A stretch of 64,000 nt of DNA from Oikopleura dioica (Eukaryota > Animalia > Chordata). Shown here piece by piece: positions 1 through 12,250 of the stretch. The stretch is taken from assembly GCA_907165135.1 (NCBI GenBank), contig OU015566.1, positions 3,100,001 to 3,164,000 of the forward strand. Reading direction: 5' to 3'. Each line of letters starts with the position of its first letter. Positions within the stretch are counted from its first letter, which is position 1. The position numbers were made by a program, and so were the translations under genes. The notes beneath the pieces are model-generated. The model searched no databases and was not told where the DNA came from. It worked only from the letters and a program-made list of their open reading frames with translations.

Positions 1-1166
1 TGAAAAAGCTGTTTCTGAAAGACCTGTGGAGAGAAACATAAGCATGAATTTTGCCATTGTTTGTGTAGTTGTTGATGAATTCAAGAGCAGCCATGGCGGC
101 TTGAGTTTCTTTCTCCGAATTGGGCGCGTCGCCGTGGAAGGTTTCAGAGCAGGTATTGCTGGAAGCGCCTTCAGTTCCCCAAGCAATATCAGCATTTCGA
201 TTGAGATCGGTTCCCAAGCATTGGCCGTTTACCGAGCTCGATCGGTTTTTTCTCCACATTCGATTGTCCGACCAGGTGTAGGCGTAACTGAAAAAGATTG
301 AACGTGAGGTTATTTGTTAAGAGTTGTTCTCCTTACCCGTCTGGATTGTAGATTGGGATGACCCACCAATTGTAGAGCTGCATGAACTCGTCTCGGATAG
401 TCGGGTCGCATCTTTTTTCAGGCTCAAAATGTCTTTGAGAATGCTGATTTTCTCGATATTATTGTTTACCGAAAAAAAAATTTCTAGATTTTTTGAGCCT
501 TTATTATCGTAGTTGTGCTCTTCTGAGCATTTCATGAGCTCGTGGATGAAGAGGCGGCACATAGCTGAAAGTATTCAAAATAACTTTTCTCGAATAGTCT
601 TACCTGGCGAGATCCATTCTCGAGCGTGAATGCCACAATCAACAACGATATTTGGCTTGTTTGGATCTGGAATCGCGGGGATTGCTAGACCAGTAATTGG
701 GCGATTCTCGACAGTGTAGCCGAAGATTTGAGGAGAGATTTCGTTAGGATGATTAGTTGTCACGTGGTCGAGCCAGTCTTGCCATTCGTCGAAGTCGAGG
801 TACTCGTTGTAGGCGTAGTTGGCGGGAGATTCGAACTTACGCGCTGCGCGTTTTTCAAGATCGGCGTCGATCAAGCTCTAGAAAAAAATTAACAAATCGA
901 AGGAATTGGCCATCATTTACCTGGACATTTTCTTGAAGGACTTGATAGTCAGCTCCTTGGATTTTGACTAGCTTCTCGAACTTTTTAAAGTCCTTGGGAG
1001 AAATCAGCATGCGAACCTCCTCCTTGTTTTCATCAAAAACCCGGGAGTTCTTCAACAAGTCAAAGTGAAAATTTTCTCTGGCATCAGCATTGATTTTCAC
1101 GAGCTTGTGGCCCTCGAAAGATTCGGACAAAGCCGATCCGGCTAAAAATGACAGGAAAAGTTTCAT
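1..1166 (-). CDS. Zinc carboxypeptidase A/B-like (M14A), multi-exon, 3' part off-window
   Basis: Signal peptide and prodomain (MKLFLSFLAGS...), zinc-ligand motif DCGIHAREWISP, and downstream exon NRMWRKNRS...C.GTDLNRN read by hand at ~150-290. Confidence 0.92.
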
Positions 1167-2233
1167 TTTCGAAATAACGGAAAATAACAAGTCTTTTTAA
1201 TAACAGGAATTTGAAATTTTTCAACCAGATGGTTTTTTCCCAACAAGTTTTTGCGTAAAATTTCGGTAAACTCGGGTCAAATGATGTTGTTGAGATTTTG
1301 CAATAATGTAAAATTATTTTTAAAGAAAACGATTTTTATAATATTAAAACCGTTTTCATATCAAATCATATCAGATTAGTAATGACATGAAAAAACCTCT
1401 TTTATAATCAAATCGATAATTTCGACCCCTTTGAATACCCTCTGGCGATCAAGTTTATGCTTCAATTGCTTTCGAAAACGTCAACCCTTTTTGAACCCCA
1501 TTTTGAGTGAGTGACGCGATTTTTTTATTTCCTCCCGGCAGTCGTGTTTGCCCTCATAATCTCTTTCTTCCATCGATAAAAAGAAAGAAAGATTAAAAAC
1601 GAAGATTTGAAGAGAATTTCGAAAAATGGAGAAATCCGGGTCCCAGAAATTTTTGCCCGTTTTTTCGATATTTTTCTTTCCGCCTTGGCTGCTTTTATCA
1701 TTCTGTGCTGGATTCCGTTTGTTTATAAATATTCAAAGAAGATTCTTGGAATTCATAAGCACAAAAGGTAAAAGGAATGATCTTTCTTTTCGTAAAAATT
1801 TTCGAAGAATGACGGAAGAGTCGCCGCTCGGCAAGATTTTCAAGGAAAAGAACTCGATTGACTGGACTGAAGCTGAAGAAACTGAGCATCTGGTCTAGAA
1901 TTTTCACTGTAAAAATGACTTTTTAATGCATTTTAAAATTATCCTGCCAATAAAATTCAAGAAACCCTTGGCTTGAGCTATTTTCTGAAGATTTGCTAAT
2001 TCCAATGTCCCTTATCAAGTTTTCTTTCGAGCAAGTACAGTATGAAAAAAGCACTCAGCAGCGCAAATTTGCCATTCTCGCGACAGAAAGAAAGATAAGG
2101 CTATTCGTAACTTTTGTTCGAGATCTAAAGTTGTCCGGAAGCCTATTGTAATTGTATTTGCCTTCTTCTACGTGTAGAATTATAGGAAAGGGCGAATCAT
2201 CAGATTCCAAAAAGACTTTTTTCGGGGTCAGAG

Positions 2234-3793
2234 ATGAGGGTCTTGAGCAATTTTGTTGTGGCGGTTTTTGGGCAATGCGATCTTTTCCCAGGTGAGTTCC
2301 AGGCGACTTGAGAAATCAAGGAAGAAAATCTGAGTTTTTTAATTATCTTGATTTTCAGTTGATTACGGTTTCGGCGAGTCGATCTACCACCGAGCGGAGT
2401 ACTTTCTCCGAAATCGCTGCCACCGAACCCTCAATGACGGCGATTACCACAAGTTCGGCGCCCTCACTGATTTCGCTCTCGGCGGAACTGGCTACTACAG
2501 GTACAAAGTATCATATTTGTTGGTTGTTGAAATTGATCTAGAGCGACTGGATTGAAGGGAAAGGTCGACAATTTGCTCAATTTGCCACTGACTTGGGAGG
2601 AGACAATGAAGAAGAAGTATTCTGTTGGAGTCATCACTGGCTTTCAATCGCCGTTTGTAGAGATGGGCAAAGTGTTTGAGCTCAACTCTGCCTCTGTCGC
2701 CGGTTTCGTCAAGTCGGGAAAAATTAAAGGGACAAAAAATTATTTGTTTTTCTTTCAGTGGTATAATTTGGACCGATCATGCGTTAAAATCATACCGAGA
2801 AAAATCTGAGTGGGACATCATGAGCGATTTCGAAATGACAAATTTGCTGGATGAAGCTGTTGACGATATGTACGCCCAGTTTGAGTCGATTTTCCGAGGA
2901 GGCTTTCTTGATCCTCAAGAATTGACGATTCATTACGCCCAAATTTTGCTGAACGGGTACTGGCTCGTCACAACTGATGGTGTTCTTGGTCTTATTGAAG
3001 TAATTGAAAACAAAATTTTCGAGAGAAAAAAATAATAATTTTTAGTTTGTGGCATTTCTCGGCGATAAGTTTTTCTCCTGGCTTCCCTCAATTATGACCG
3101 CAAACATCTACGAGCTAATCATCATCGTCGAGGAAATCATTGTCTCCATCCAAAATTTAGTCAATTTCTTCATGACAACAGATACGATCGGTGATTTCTT
3201 CCCGAAGATTCATGATCTGTTCTCTGGTTTCCATCGCTTTTTCAGGTTTATATTTCTTCAGTAGCATTTTTTATTAATTTCTAAAGAAAATCTGTCCTTT
3301 CTCTTATCGATTTGCAAGTTTTGGCGAAAGAAAACAACAAAAACTTCCGACAATACGGTAACTCCTTCCCTCCAACAAAATTATATAACCGTCCTTAAAG
3401 GGCTTTATGGAACAGAATGTGAGCCCTTCGCGGCATTCCTCTGCCCTATTCAAACAGCTTTTCCAGCTTTGGAAGATGCGATTATTTTCATCAATGATCT
3501 TTATGAGTCGTTTTTCCTCATCGTTGTTGATTTCACCGAGCTGATCCTTGCGCGAGATTTCATCGACTTTTTGGACTCGGTTTTCGTGACCGTCACTATG
3601 ACAACTTGGATCGCCGCTTTCCCGATGAGATTTTATGAAGAAGCAATTTTAAGTATAATGGAAATTTGAATCAAGTAATATCTTGTTTCTAGAAATTCCA
3701 GCGCTTTTTGAGACAGCTACAGCAACTCCAACAGTAACAACCACTGCATCGATCGCTACAACAACAGCTTTAGCAACAACTACTGTTTTATAA
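2234..3793 (+). CDS. Secreted Ser/Thr-rich protein of unknown function, multi-exon
   Basis: ATG 2234 with hydrophobic leader and GT donor; Thr/Ser-rich exons; Thr/Ala-rich last exon ending TAA at 3791-3793. No family recognised. Confidence 0.5.
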
Positions 3794-3997
3794 TAAAAAT
3801 GCATTTCTCGATCTCAAAAAAATTGAGTCAAAACGAAAAATCATGACATTTTTTTGACATTTTCTAGCAAAAAAAGGAGATTTTTCCATGCAGGCAGTTG
3901 AGCAAATATCTCATGCTTGTAAAATTTAAATGACCCGCCAAAATAGCTTGAATTCGTTCATTCGCGCAGCGGAGAAAAGACAAATTCTTAGAGAAAA

Positions 3998-6900
3998 ATG
4001 CAAAAGATACGGCTTGGAAGTGGATTTCCCAGCTTAAAATTTGCGAAAAAATCGAACAGGTTCATAAAAAATCTACTAAAATTTTTCGTCATTTTACTCT
4101 TTGAAGAGCTGTTCCAGTAAAAGTTACGACTACAGATGGTTACGGAAATGCGTTCGTCTCAAACTCCACTATTCCCACTTCTCCGTCGTCTCCAGAGTTC
4201 ACAACTCTTTCAAGCGAGCAATTACGGGACATGGTCAGCCTGAGAGAGGCGATTTTCTGGCAGTTAGACTTTCTGGCAGTTAGACTTTCTGGCAAAGGCG
4301 ATTTTCTGGCACTGCCAGAAAATCTTATATGCCAGAAAATCTAATTTCCAGAAAATCGCCTCTTTTGATTTTGAATCTACAGTTAGTGATCCTTGAAGGT
4401 AAAAAAAAGGAGAGGGTTTTCGACAGTACCACCAATGTTTTCTTACACGTTTTATAAAAATTCATTGACAAAAGCCACTTTTGACCCATTTATTCAAGAT
4501 TATTGGCTGTAGATGAATTACCATAAGAATTTTTCGGCCGAAAAAAAATTTTTTGAGATAAGAACATATTCTGAAAGCCCAAGTCAAAATTAGTCGATTC
4601 CCAAATTTCTAGGGCTCAATGACGTCATTATGACGTCATTTATGATGAATAAATGTCCGAAAAGGCTCCAAATTCATGAGACTTTGGAACGCTTTTTGAG
4701 GCGGTTTTTGCTGGAAATAGATTTTTCGATTGATGGCATGTTGTTCGCCATCAAAAACTACGTAGGGACCCGAGGTTTATTTTCGAACCGACCGGTTTCA
4801 AAAATTGAACCGGTCGGTAATGGTTGATATTCAATGGTTTGATCCCGGGTCCCTACGTAGTTTTTCATGGAAAATCCAAATCCGTCGAGAAAGATAAAAT
4901 TAAAAAACGTTTTCGGCTCGAAAAAGCGTTCCAAAGACAAAATTTTCAAATCAGCCCGATGACGTCATAATGACGTCATCTGACCCTAGAATTTGGTGAT
5001 TCTGTATAACTTTTTACGGGCTTTCAGAATATACCAATATCTCAAAAAAAATTTTTTTGCCCGAAAAATTCTTATGGTAATTCATCTGTAGCAAACATAA
5101 ATCAGCTTCTTCCGGGAATTTTTGTGTTAACCCGTTAACAGGGTGGTCGATTTTGCCTACGCTTTTGCCTGTCTGTGATTGAGTGAAATCATGGATCCAT
5201 GCATACGATTTGCTACTCATTTCCACGCGTGGCCGTGAGACAGCCACGCGCCTGTTAACGGGTTAATAACCCGGTGTTATTTGCATCTGATTTCAAGTAC
5301 TTGGTCACAGTGGGCACCCACTGAGATAATGGCGCACGCTCATGCTTTTCGAAACTGAACTTGTTATAAAACTCTCCTGAAAATTCTTCCTCAGAAGGTG
5401 GTGTAATCGGTGTCATTTTCAATTTTTTTATCCGATTTTTCTTCCTCATCATTCTCCATTTTCTCAAAAAAATCAAAATCTAACTTTTCAGCTGCCTGTG
5501 AACCCGTTTGTCACTCCGAAAACAGCAAGAAATTTCAATTCCCATTTTAGCGCAGAAATCTCAATTCCCAATTCGTAGTCTTTTTTAGCGCCCTGAATAG
5601 TCGGCTTTTAGATCAAACGCTCCCGTCGAAAGGTGCAAACTCCTGCTGAAACTGCTCCGAAATGAAATTTGTGTGATAATCACCAGTTTTCGAATTTATA
5701 AAAAGATTTTATTAAAAAGAGTTTCTTGCAGAATTTCAAATAATATCCAGCCTATAAAGGCGATTTCACCACCTGAGGAAGAATTTTCTAGAGAGTTTTA
5801 TAACAAGTTCAATTTCATAAAGCATTAGCGTGCGCCATTATCTCAGTGGGTGCCCACTGTGACCAAGTACTCGAAATCAGATGCAAATAACACCGGCTGA
5901 TTAAGGCTATAACCTCTCTTTTTGCCTCTCTGGACAACGGACTTCCCTTGATCGATTTCAAAAATTAAAAAGGCTTATATACTCAAAATCTATCGTAGAT
6001 TTGAGAAATGCGATCAAAAATTATTTTTTCTTTCGAAATTTCGTTTTTACGATCATTTAAAAAACGCCATTCGGTTTTCCGAAGAATTTTACCATTACAG
6101 AGGTAGATTTTTTTCGATCAATAAATAGATTAAAGCCTTCTCTACAATCCCTATGGAAAAAATTCTCGATATCTCTTCAAATTTTCACTCTAGGGCCATG
6201 TTAGTGCTGGCACCTGAGGATAAAAATGCGCGTGGACGCGCTGCGCGGAGTGCTATCCTCCAGGCCAGAAAGAGAGCGCTGTTGGCGAGCGTGTGAGTCA
6301 AGCGATTCATCGCGCTCTGATTGGCTGCGCGGAGCTCAAGCGTCAGTCTATAAACAAAAGAGTTTTAAAAGAAGAGAGAACTATAATCCTAATTTGGACA
6401 ATTTCTTATTATTTTTTCCATAGGGATCATAGAATATGCCCTACTTAATATAATTATCGGATTTATTCTACCTCAGAACTTCCAGTTTTGCCGGAAAACC
6501 GAATGGCGATTTTTGAATGATCCTAGGGCAAAAAATTACCGATGAAAAATATTTTTTGGTTGCATTTTTGAATTCTTTAGGAGAAAACAACTATGTATGC
6601 CTTTTAAATTTTTGAAATCGACCAAGGGAAGTCCATTTTCCAGAGAGTCCAAAAGAGAGGTTATAGCCTTAACACAAAAATTCCCGGAAGAAGCTGATTT
6701 ATGTTTGCTACAGCCAATAATCTTAAAAAAAAAATGGATCAAACGTGGCTTTTGTCAATGAATTTAAAAAAATAACGTGTAAGAAAAAATTGGTGGTACT
6801 GTCGAAAACCCTCTCCGTTTTTTTACCTTCTAGGATCATTAACTGTAGATTCAAAATCAAAAGAGGCGATTTTCTGGCAGTGAGACTTTCTGGCAGTTAG

Positions 6901-8332
6901 ACTTTCTGGCAAAGGCGATTTTCTGGAAGTTAGATTTTCTGGCAGTGCCAGAAAATCGCCTTTGCCAGAAAGTCTAACTGCCAGAAAATCTAACTGCCAG
7001 AAAATCGCCTCTCTCGGTCAGCCTTGGAAAGTGCGAAAAGAAAACGGCATTTATGATTCCCGAGTTTGAAAGCTTCAATGTCGATGTCGAAATTGAGGGA
7101 GAAAAACAAACGCTACAGGTCGAAAGCGGTGTCGGAGACACGATTGTGAAGGAAGAATGGAGAGGAGAGCATGTTTGTAATGTCTTTTATCCGGCAACTG
7201 GGGGCCCTTTCAAGGTCATTATTCATACCAATGGCGGGGTTTCGCTGATGCAAGATGCCAGGAAAGGGCTTGAATAGAAAAATAAGAATAGAAGTTTCTA
7301 AGAATTCAAGACCCAATTTGAAAGATCCCAAATGCTTGCGAATCTTGGCTACTTGGTCGTTGAAGTCGGCTACAATCTGCCCCAATATGGCCAAGAACTC
7401 ATCTTTTTCCGAAAACAAATCGAGTTGGAATACTTTGAAGCCATCATCAAGCGAGCTTTGAAGCATGATAAGGCTTATGGAGATGAGGTTTGCTTCATTG
7501 GACATTCGAAGGGAGCTGATTTGGCGCTGTTTACATCTGTTTCTTGTCCGGAGCTGGTTAGTTTGACGATTTGCAGCTCAGGAAAGAGATTTTCATTGAT
7601 AAAAGAAACCTCTTTCTAGATTTTTTTCTAGAAAATTGAACATTTTTCCATAAGGCGGTTTCAATGCACCCGTTTTTACCGATTCGACTTATGGAAACCG
7701 ACGATTTCCCAACGCAGGAAATGGATTAGATTTCTTTCTCCTTTTCATCATTTAAAAAAAAAAATATCCATCAAAGGAAATCACCCCGTAAAACTCCTCG
7801 ACTTCGCCCACCAATCCGACGATGGCTTGATGCGATTAAGGGGACCCCACGGGCTCACTGGCGCAATGAGTCTCGCCTACCACTACCAAGATCACCCGCT
7901 GTACATTGCTGATAGTTTTGAATCTGGATACTACCTGAATCCAAAAGCGCTCGAAATTTCAAGAACTTATCCTTTTCCCAACCCCCGAAAGATGCTTTAT
8001 TTTATGACTCTTGATGATCCGATCGTCGCGCCGACGAGAGAAATGATGCTAGCGTTCATGAATGAGTTCACAGACCATTTGCCAAGCGGAGTGGAAGTTG
8101 AACTGCTTGAAGCTGGTCATTTATACGTTCTTCCAGATATCCCAGGTTTTATTTTTCCGCGACAATAAAAAAGAGCCCCTTAGTTTGCAACGAAGCAGTG
8201 ATGAAATTTGGCGACATCAAACTCCTGCTCGACTGGTCTTGGAATACCTCAGACGAAGATCGACTCAAAGAAGCTGCAGTTTACAGGCATGTTTGGAAAA
8301 GAATTCAACAAATGCTTTCTGATCACTTTTGA
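3998..8332 (+). CDS. Acyl-CoA thioesterase / bile acid-CoA:amino acid N-acyltransferase (ACOT/BAAT) family, interrupted by a transposon in exon 2
   Basis: LEYFEAII...CFIGHSKGADLAL nucleophile motif, LDDPIV (Asp), EAGHL (His), C-terminal VWKRIQQMLSDHF*. The reading frame is continuous across 4241/7025 once the insert and one TSD copy are removed. Confidence 0.88.
4513..5085. mobile_element. Palindromic MITE nested in the left arm of the 4242-7015 element
   Basis: TIR ATGAATTACCATAAGAATTTTTCGG at both ends; CTGTAG duplicated at 4507-4512 and 5086-5091 (TSD could be read as 2, 4 or 6 bp); the host right arm shows the empty site. Confidence 0.88.
5131..5262. mobile_element. 132-bp piggyBac-type MITE
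   Basis: TTAA-CCCGTTAACAGG...CCTGTTAACGGG-TTAA. Confidence 0.85.
5267..5900. mobile_element. TTAA-flanked palindromic MITE stacked at the same TTAA site
   Basis: ~150-bp inverted arms starting CCGGTGTTATTTGCATCTGATTTC; TTAA at 5263-5266 and 5901-5904; the host right arm has a single TTAA at the mirror position. Confidence 0.82.
6317..6354 (+). promoter_or_regulatory. CCAAT-box plus TATA-like motif in the non-palindromic core of the foldback element
   Basis: CTGATTGG at 6317-6324 followed by CTATAAA at 6348-6354 in a GC-rich island. Motif match only. Confidence 0.3.
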
Positions 8333-8428
8333 TTTTGCCGAAATTTAAGAAAATAGAAATTTTATTTTTTTTTTATTTCAAGAAAAATACAATTATTGAG
8401 AAGTTTAAAAAAGAAGCAGGAGGAAAAA

Positions 8429-9476
8429 TTATTCCTCGCAGGAATAATGAACTAGTAAATATTTTTCCGAGTCTTCACAGAAGCCCTTATTCTCTTCTGG
8501 AATTAAGCCTGTTGTCAACGAGCAACTTGTTTGATCTTCGCATGCATCAGAAATCGAGCTCTTTACATCCTCCTTGTGACTGCAAACCGAAAAATGGCCC
8601 TTCGGAAAATTCCCGAGGCATTCGTGGCCATTTTGTCGCCCGAAAACGGCAGAATCGATCACGAGTTTCTTGTCGTCCTTGCAGGAGATTTTTTGTTCGA
8701 TGTCATTGTTTCCTGCATCGATGTCGCAGACGACTGCTCGTTGTTGAAATGGAGCGTTCTTTCCGTATTTGCCTTCGATCCAAGCTTGTTTTCGGGGATG
8801 AGCACGAATGTTCTTTTTGTTGTCCAGGTATGCCCAGCTGCATTGGGGGACGGTCGAGTCGAATCGGTGACAGTAGTGCCACAAGGCTAAAAAGAAGTGA
8901 AAAACTCTTTGAATTGTAAGAAACTTACTGATAAGACGAAGTCGCTCCAATCGTCGCATCAGGATCACCTGCTGCTTTGTGCATCTAGAAGATCCAGTGC
9001 TGAAAACTTGCCGGATATATACAGCGATTTTTCTCGCGAGCTGAATATGAAATCTTCTGTACATCGTTGTATTGATCAGTTCATTCCCTCCGTAGCTAGT
9101 CAAATCTGGGAATTCAATCGGGGCGATGTCGAAATCGCCGAAGCATTTTGCCGTGTCGCTTCGAAGTCGATCTTCGAGCTTTTCAAATTGGTCGTTTATA
9201 GTGTTCTTGACCGTTGTTCCTCGCATTCCTTCACTAAAAATTATGAGAAAAGGGCTTCATTAGGGAAACGAACATTGGTGCCGGCCAGTCGAAAAAGAGT
9301 TTCGCCCTCATATCGCGGATCGCAGCGAGCTCGTCGTTGAGATATTGCTCTTCCAATTTGAAGTTCTTATTGTCGATGTTCATGAAGCCTTCTTCATCAA
9401 TGAAGACCCTCTCATCAGCATTCGCGGGTCGAGAGAGTTGAGAGAAAGTCGCAAGCAAAAAGGTTGAAATTTTCAT
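8429..9476 (-). CDS. Secreted protein with C-terminal SUEL (rhamnose/galactose-binding) lectin domain
   Basis: Signal peptide MKISTFLLATF; C-terminal ISC...VIDSAVFGR...C...C...C...C...FCEDSEKYLLVHYSC cysteine pattern of SUEL lectins. Confidence 0.8.
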
Positions 9477-9839
9477 TTTTTTTCTTTCAGAAGAGAGTGA
9501 TGAGGAAAGAAGGTATAGGTCGTTGTTTAAATAGGCCGCTGCCACGTTGTGTCACTCAGGGGTTCGATAGAATCTAAAGACATCTCTATCGTAAAGGGAT
9601 GTTGTTATCCGAAACACGGGGGTTACGGGCCTCTGAGTGCGATTAAAGTAACCAAAAACAAAGGAACGTTACCCTCAGAATCCTTTAAACATGAATTACG
9701 AGCACGTTGCCGTGCATTTTGAGGAGGTAATTATAATTTGCAAAAAGTTCAAACTAAAAAAATGATGACAAAAGGAAATGAATTTCTAATGAGTTTTTAC
9801 TGATTAAAGTTTATTTTTTTAGAAGTCATTTTTTCTCTT

Positions 9840-10603
9840 TAATGATTGTAGACATCGATTCTGATACTTCCGACTCCAGGAGGGCTTGATCCAGTGGCGA
9901 AATTTCCGAAGAAAATCAAATCGAACTGATCGTTTATTTCAACGTCAACCTCCTCATTGCCGCAGAATTTCTGTCCTAAATATATTTCCTAGGCTTTTAA
10001 AATTTGCTTGTTTGAATACCATTTATTTCAACGAAGGCATCCTCACATGCAAAATTGGATAAGGCAACATTTCCTCTTGCTAAAAATTCGTTTGAGGGAA
10101 TTATTTCTCATAATTTTTGTACCGGAGATACGAGAGTTACTCGGATTAAGAATCGTCAAGCTACAGTCCTTTCCCGCAATGGAGGGGTCGATGAAGGACT
10201 CGTATTTGTCTCTGTTGAATGCGATTTGATTAGCAGGGAATGTAAGATGCGCGCTAGCAGGGCCATCCAACAGCGGCGATTATTATGACAAGGCAGCAGC
10301 AAAATGAGGCGCAAAATTTCGACCCGTTCGATTCTATAAAAACTTTTTTCTCGAAGTTTCGAATGACTCCTGCCTTGTTTATTTTGCTGATAAGACGAAA
10401 CCGGTTGGTTTGCGCTCTGGTTAAAATTCGAATGCGAGAACTGTTGAACTGGAGTCGGAATTGGATTCAGAGCTAGAGCTGGAGCAGGAGCTTGAGATGG
10501 CTGAAAATTGGAGCTTTGGAAGGATGGTGGAGAGCTATAAGAACTGTCCCCGTAGGTGTATGTTGAACCCCAAGGGTCTCCCTGATTTTGGCCGTAGTAC
10601 GAC
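9840..10603 (-). CDS. Gln/Ser/Pro-rich protein with a possible CUB-like C-terminal domain; ends approximate
   Basis: Low-complexity exon, then CSLTILNPSNSRI...GQKFCGNEEVDVEINDQFDLIFF (hand translation), loosely CUB-like. Confidence 0.4.
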
Positions 10604-11336
10604 ATTTTGAAACTGATTGATGAAAAAAAAAAACACAATAAAGTACAAATTAGGTTCTAGAAATTATCAATTCAGAGATTTTTTCTTATTTTTTTAAACA
10701 GATGCAATTTGAATCATTATTAATAATTCTTATGCTGCATAAGTTATGCACGAGAAATGAAAAAGTGTCAAAGCGTTTTCGCTTTACTTTCACTTTTATA
10801 AAATAAGACAGAAAAAGGCGAAATTGAAAAAAATAATAGTTCATTTTCAAAATGGATTAATTTTTGATCGAGATTTATTCGACATCATATAAAGCTGGGT
10901 AGACAAGGAAAACAGTTGATTCGCTATTTTACCTTTTTCGAGAAAAAAATGAAATTTTATCTTTTGGGTGTATTCCTTTGCTTTGAATGCTCGTCGCAGT
11001 TTCATGAAAACAACAGTTTTAATGATTTGAACAAAATGTACTTCAACTGCTTAGGTATAGGATATTTTGATCTCTTTTTCCTGGCGGAGAGAATTTCATT
11101 TAGACTTTTCAAAGATGAACAAAATTGCGCTGCCAAGCTTTGAGAAAATTTGCAAGATGATTGTTGCCACGGAAATTCGACACCAGCAAAAAATGTATTT
11201 TTTCTCATTTTTCTTTTCAAATTGAGTTTGTTCCTCAGCGACAAATACATGTTAGCTGGAAGATTTGGTTGACAGAATTGAAGAAGAAGATTACAAAGAA
11301 AAAATCGATTTTCTTCAGAATTTTTATCGAGAGTAA

Positions 11337-11474
11337 TGAATTGTGCCGCCTTGCGCCGCATTGTGCCGCCCTTTGCCGGTCTGTGCCGCAATGCGCCGCT
11401 CTGAGACCCGATTGGTTCCGGGCGGCGCTAGGCGGCGCAGAGCGGCAAGGGTCGGCAAAAGGCGGCACAATTCA
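11337..11474. mobile_element. Short GC-rich palindromic MITE-like element
   Basis: TGAATTGTGCCGCC...GGCGGCACAATTCA inverted ends with internal TGCCGC/GCGGCA repeats; TSD not resolved. Confidence 0.6.
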
Positions 11475-12070
11475 GTGTATCCCTTTTTATCTTCAAATAA
11501 AGAAGAAACAATAAATGAGTCCTGTTCGTTTTGAAGAGAAATTCCATTAACAAAATTCAGCGCGAAAATCGCAGTAAAAAAGAGGGGCGCTCTCACACGT
11601 GCCACCTAGTCTACATTAGGTTTAAGCCGATTTCTCATCAAGCTGTTGGTTTTTCTTTTCTTGTTGTCGTAAAAACGCTCGGCGGAGGAAATAAAACTTT
11701 TGCTCTAGCTGTCGTCTCACGAGTGTGTGTTTTTGAAGAGCTCAAAATTAAGCGCAGATTATCAATCTTGCTTTTTTGAAGAATTATTTGATTTTTTAAA
11801 TACAGAATTTTAATAGGGACGAAAAGGAGTTACCCATTGTTCGAGACTATTTGCCGAAGTCTCTCTGTTTGAGAATGCTGCTGAAAAGATAATTACAAGC
11901 TGAATACAGTCATGTTCTTTTTTGTTGAAAATGGAAATTGAGAGATTTGATGAGGTGAAATCAAGGAAGATAAACGATAGAAGATACCGTATTTAGTTTA
12001 AAAGGCTTAGATGATAAATCCCCAATTTGAAATTGGTAATTTTCAAAGTCAAACCGTTATTTTAGCCCAA

Positions 12071-12250
12071 TATTTCGATTTAGGTCAAATATTTCAATTT
12101 TGGACAAAAATTTCGATTTTGGTCAAAAATTTAAATTTGGTCAAAAATTTCAATTTTGGTCAAAAATTTAAATTTGGTCAAAAATTTCAATTTTGGTCAA
12201 AAATTTGAATTTGGTCAAAAATTTTAATTTTGGTTAAAAATTTAAATTCT
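12071..12250. repeat. 19-20 bp minisatellite (TTTTGGTCAAAAATTTCAAT-like), about 9 copies
   Basis: Directly visible tandem copies that degenerate toward ~12350. Confidence 0.9.

Larger units (their letters stand above)
4242..7015. mobile_element. Non-autonomous Mutator-like / foldback element with long TIRs and 9-bp TSD
   Basis: Ends GAGAGAGGCGATTTTCTGG...CCAGAAAATCGCCTCTCTC; exact direct repeat GGTCAGCCT at 4233-4241 and 7016-7024; arms match inward to about 6165/6405 once nested inserts are skipped; ~16-bp subterminal repeats; no transposase ORF. Confidence 0.9.
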
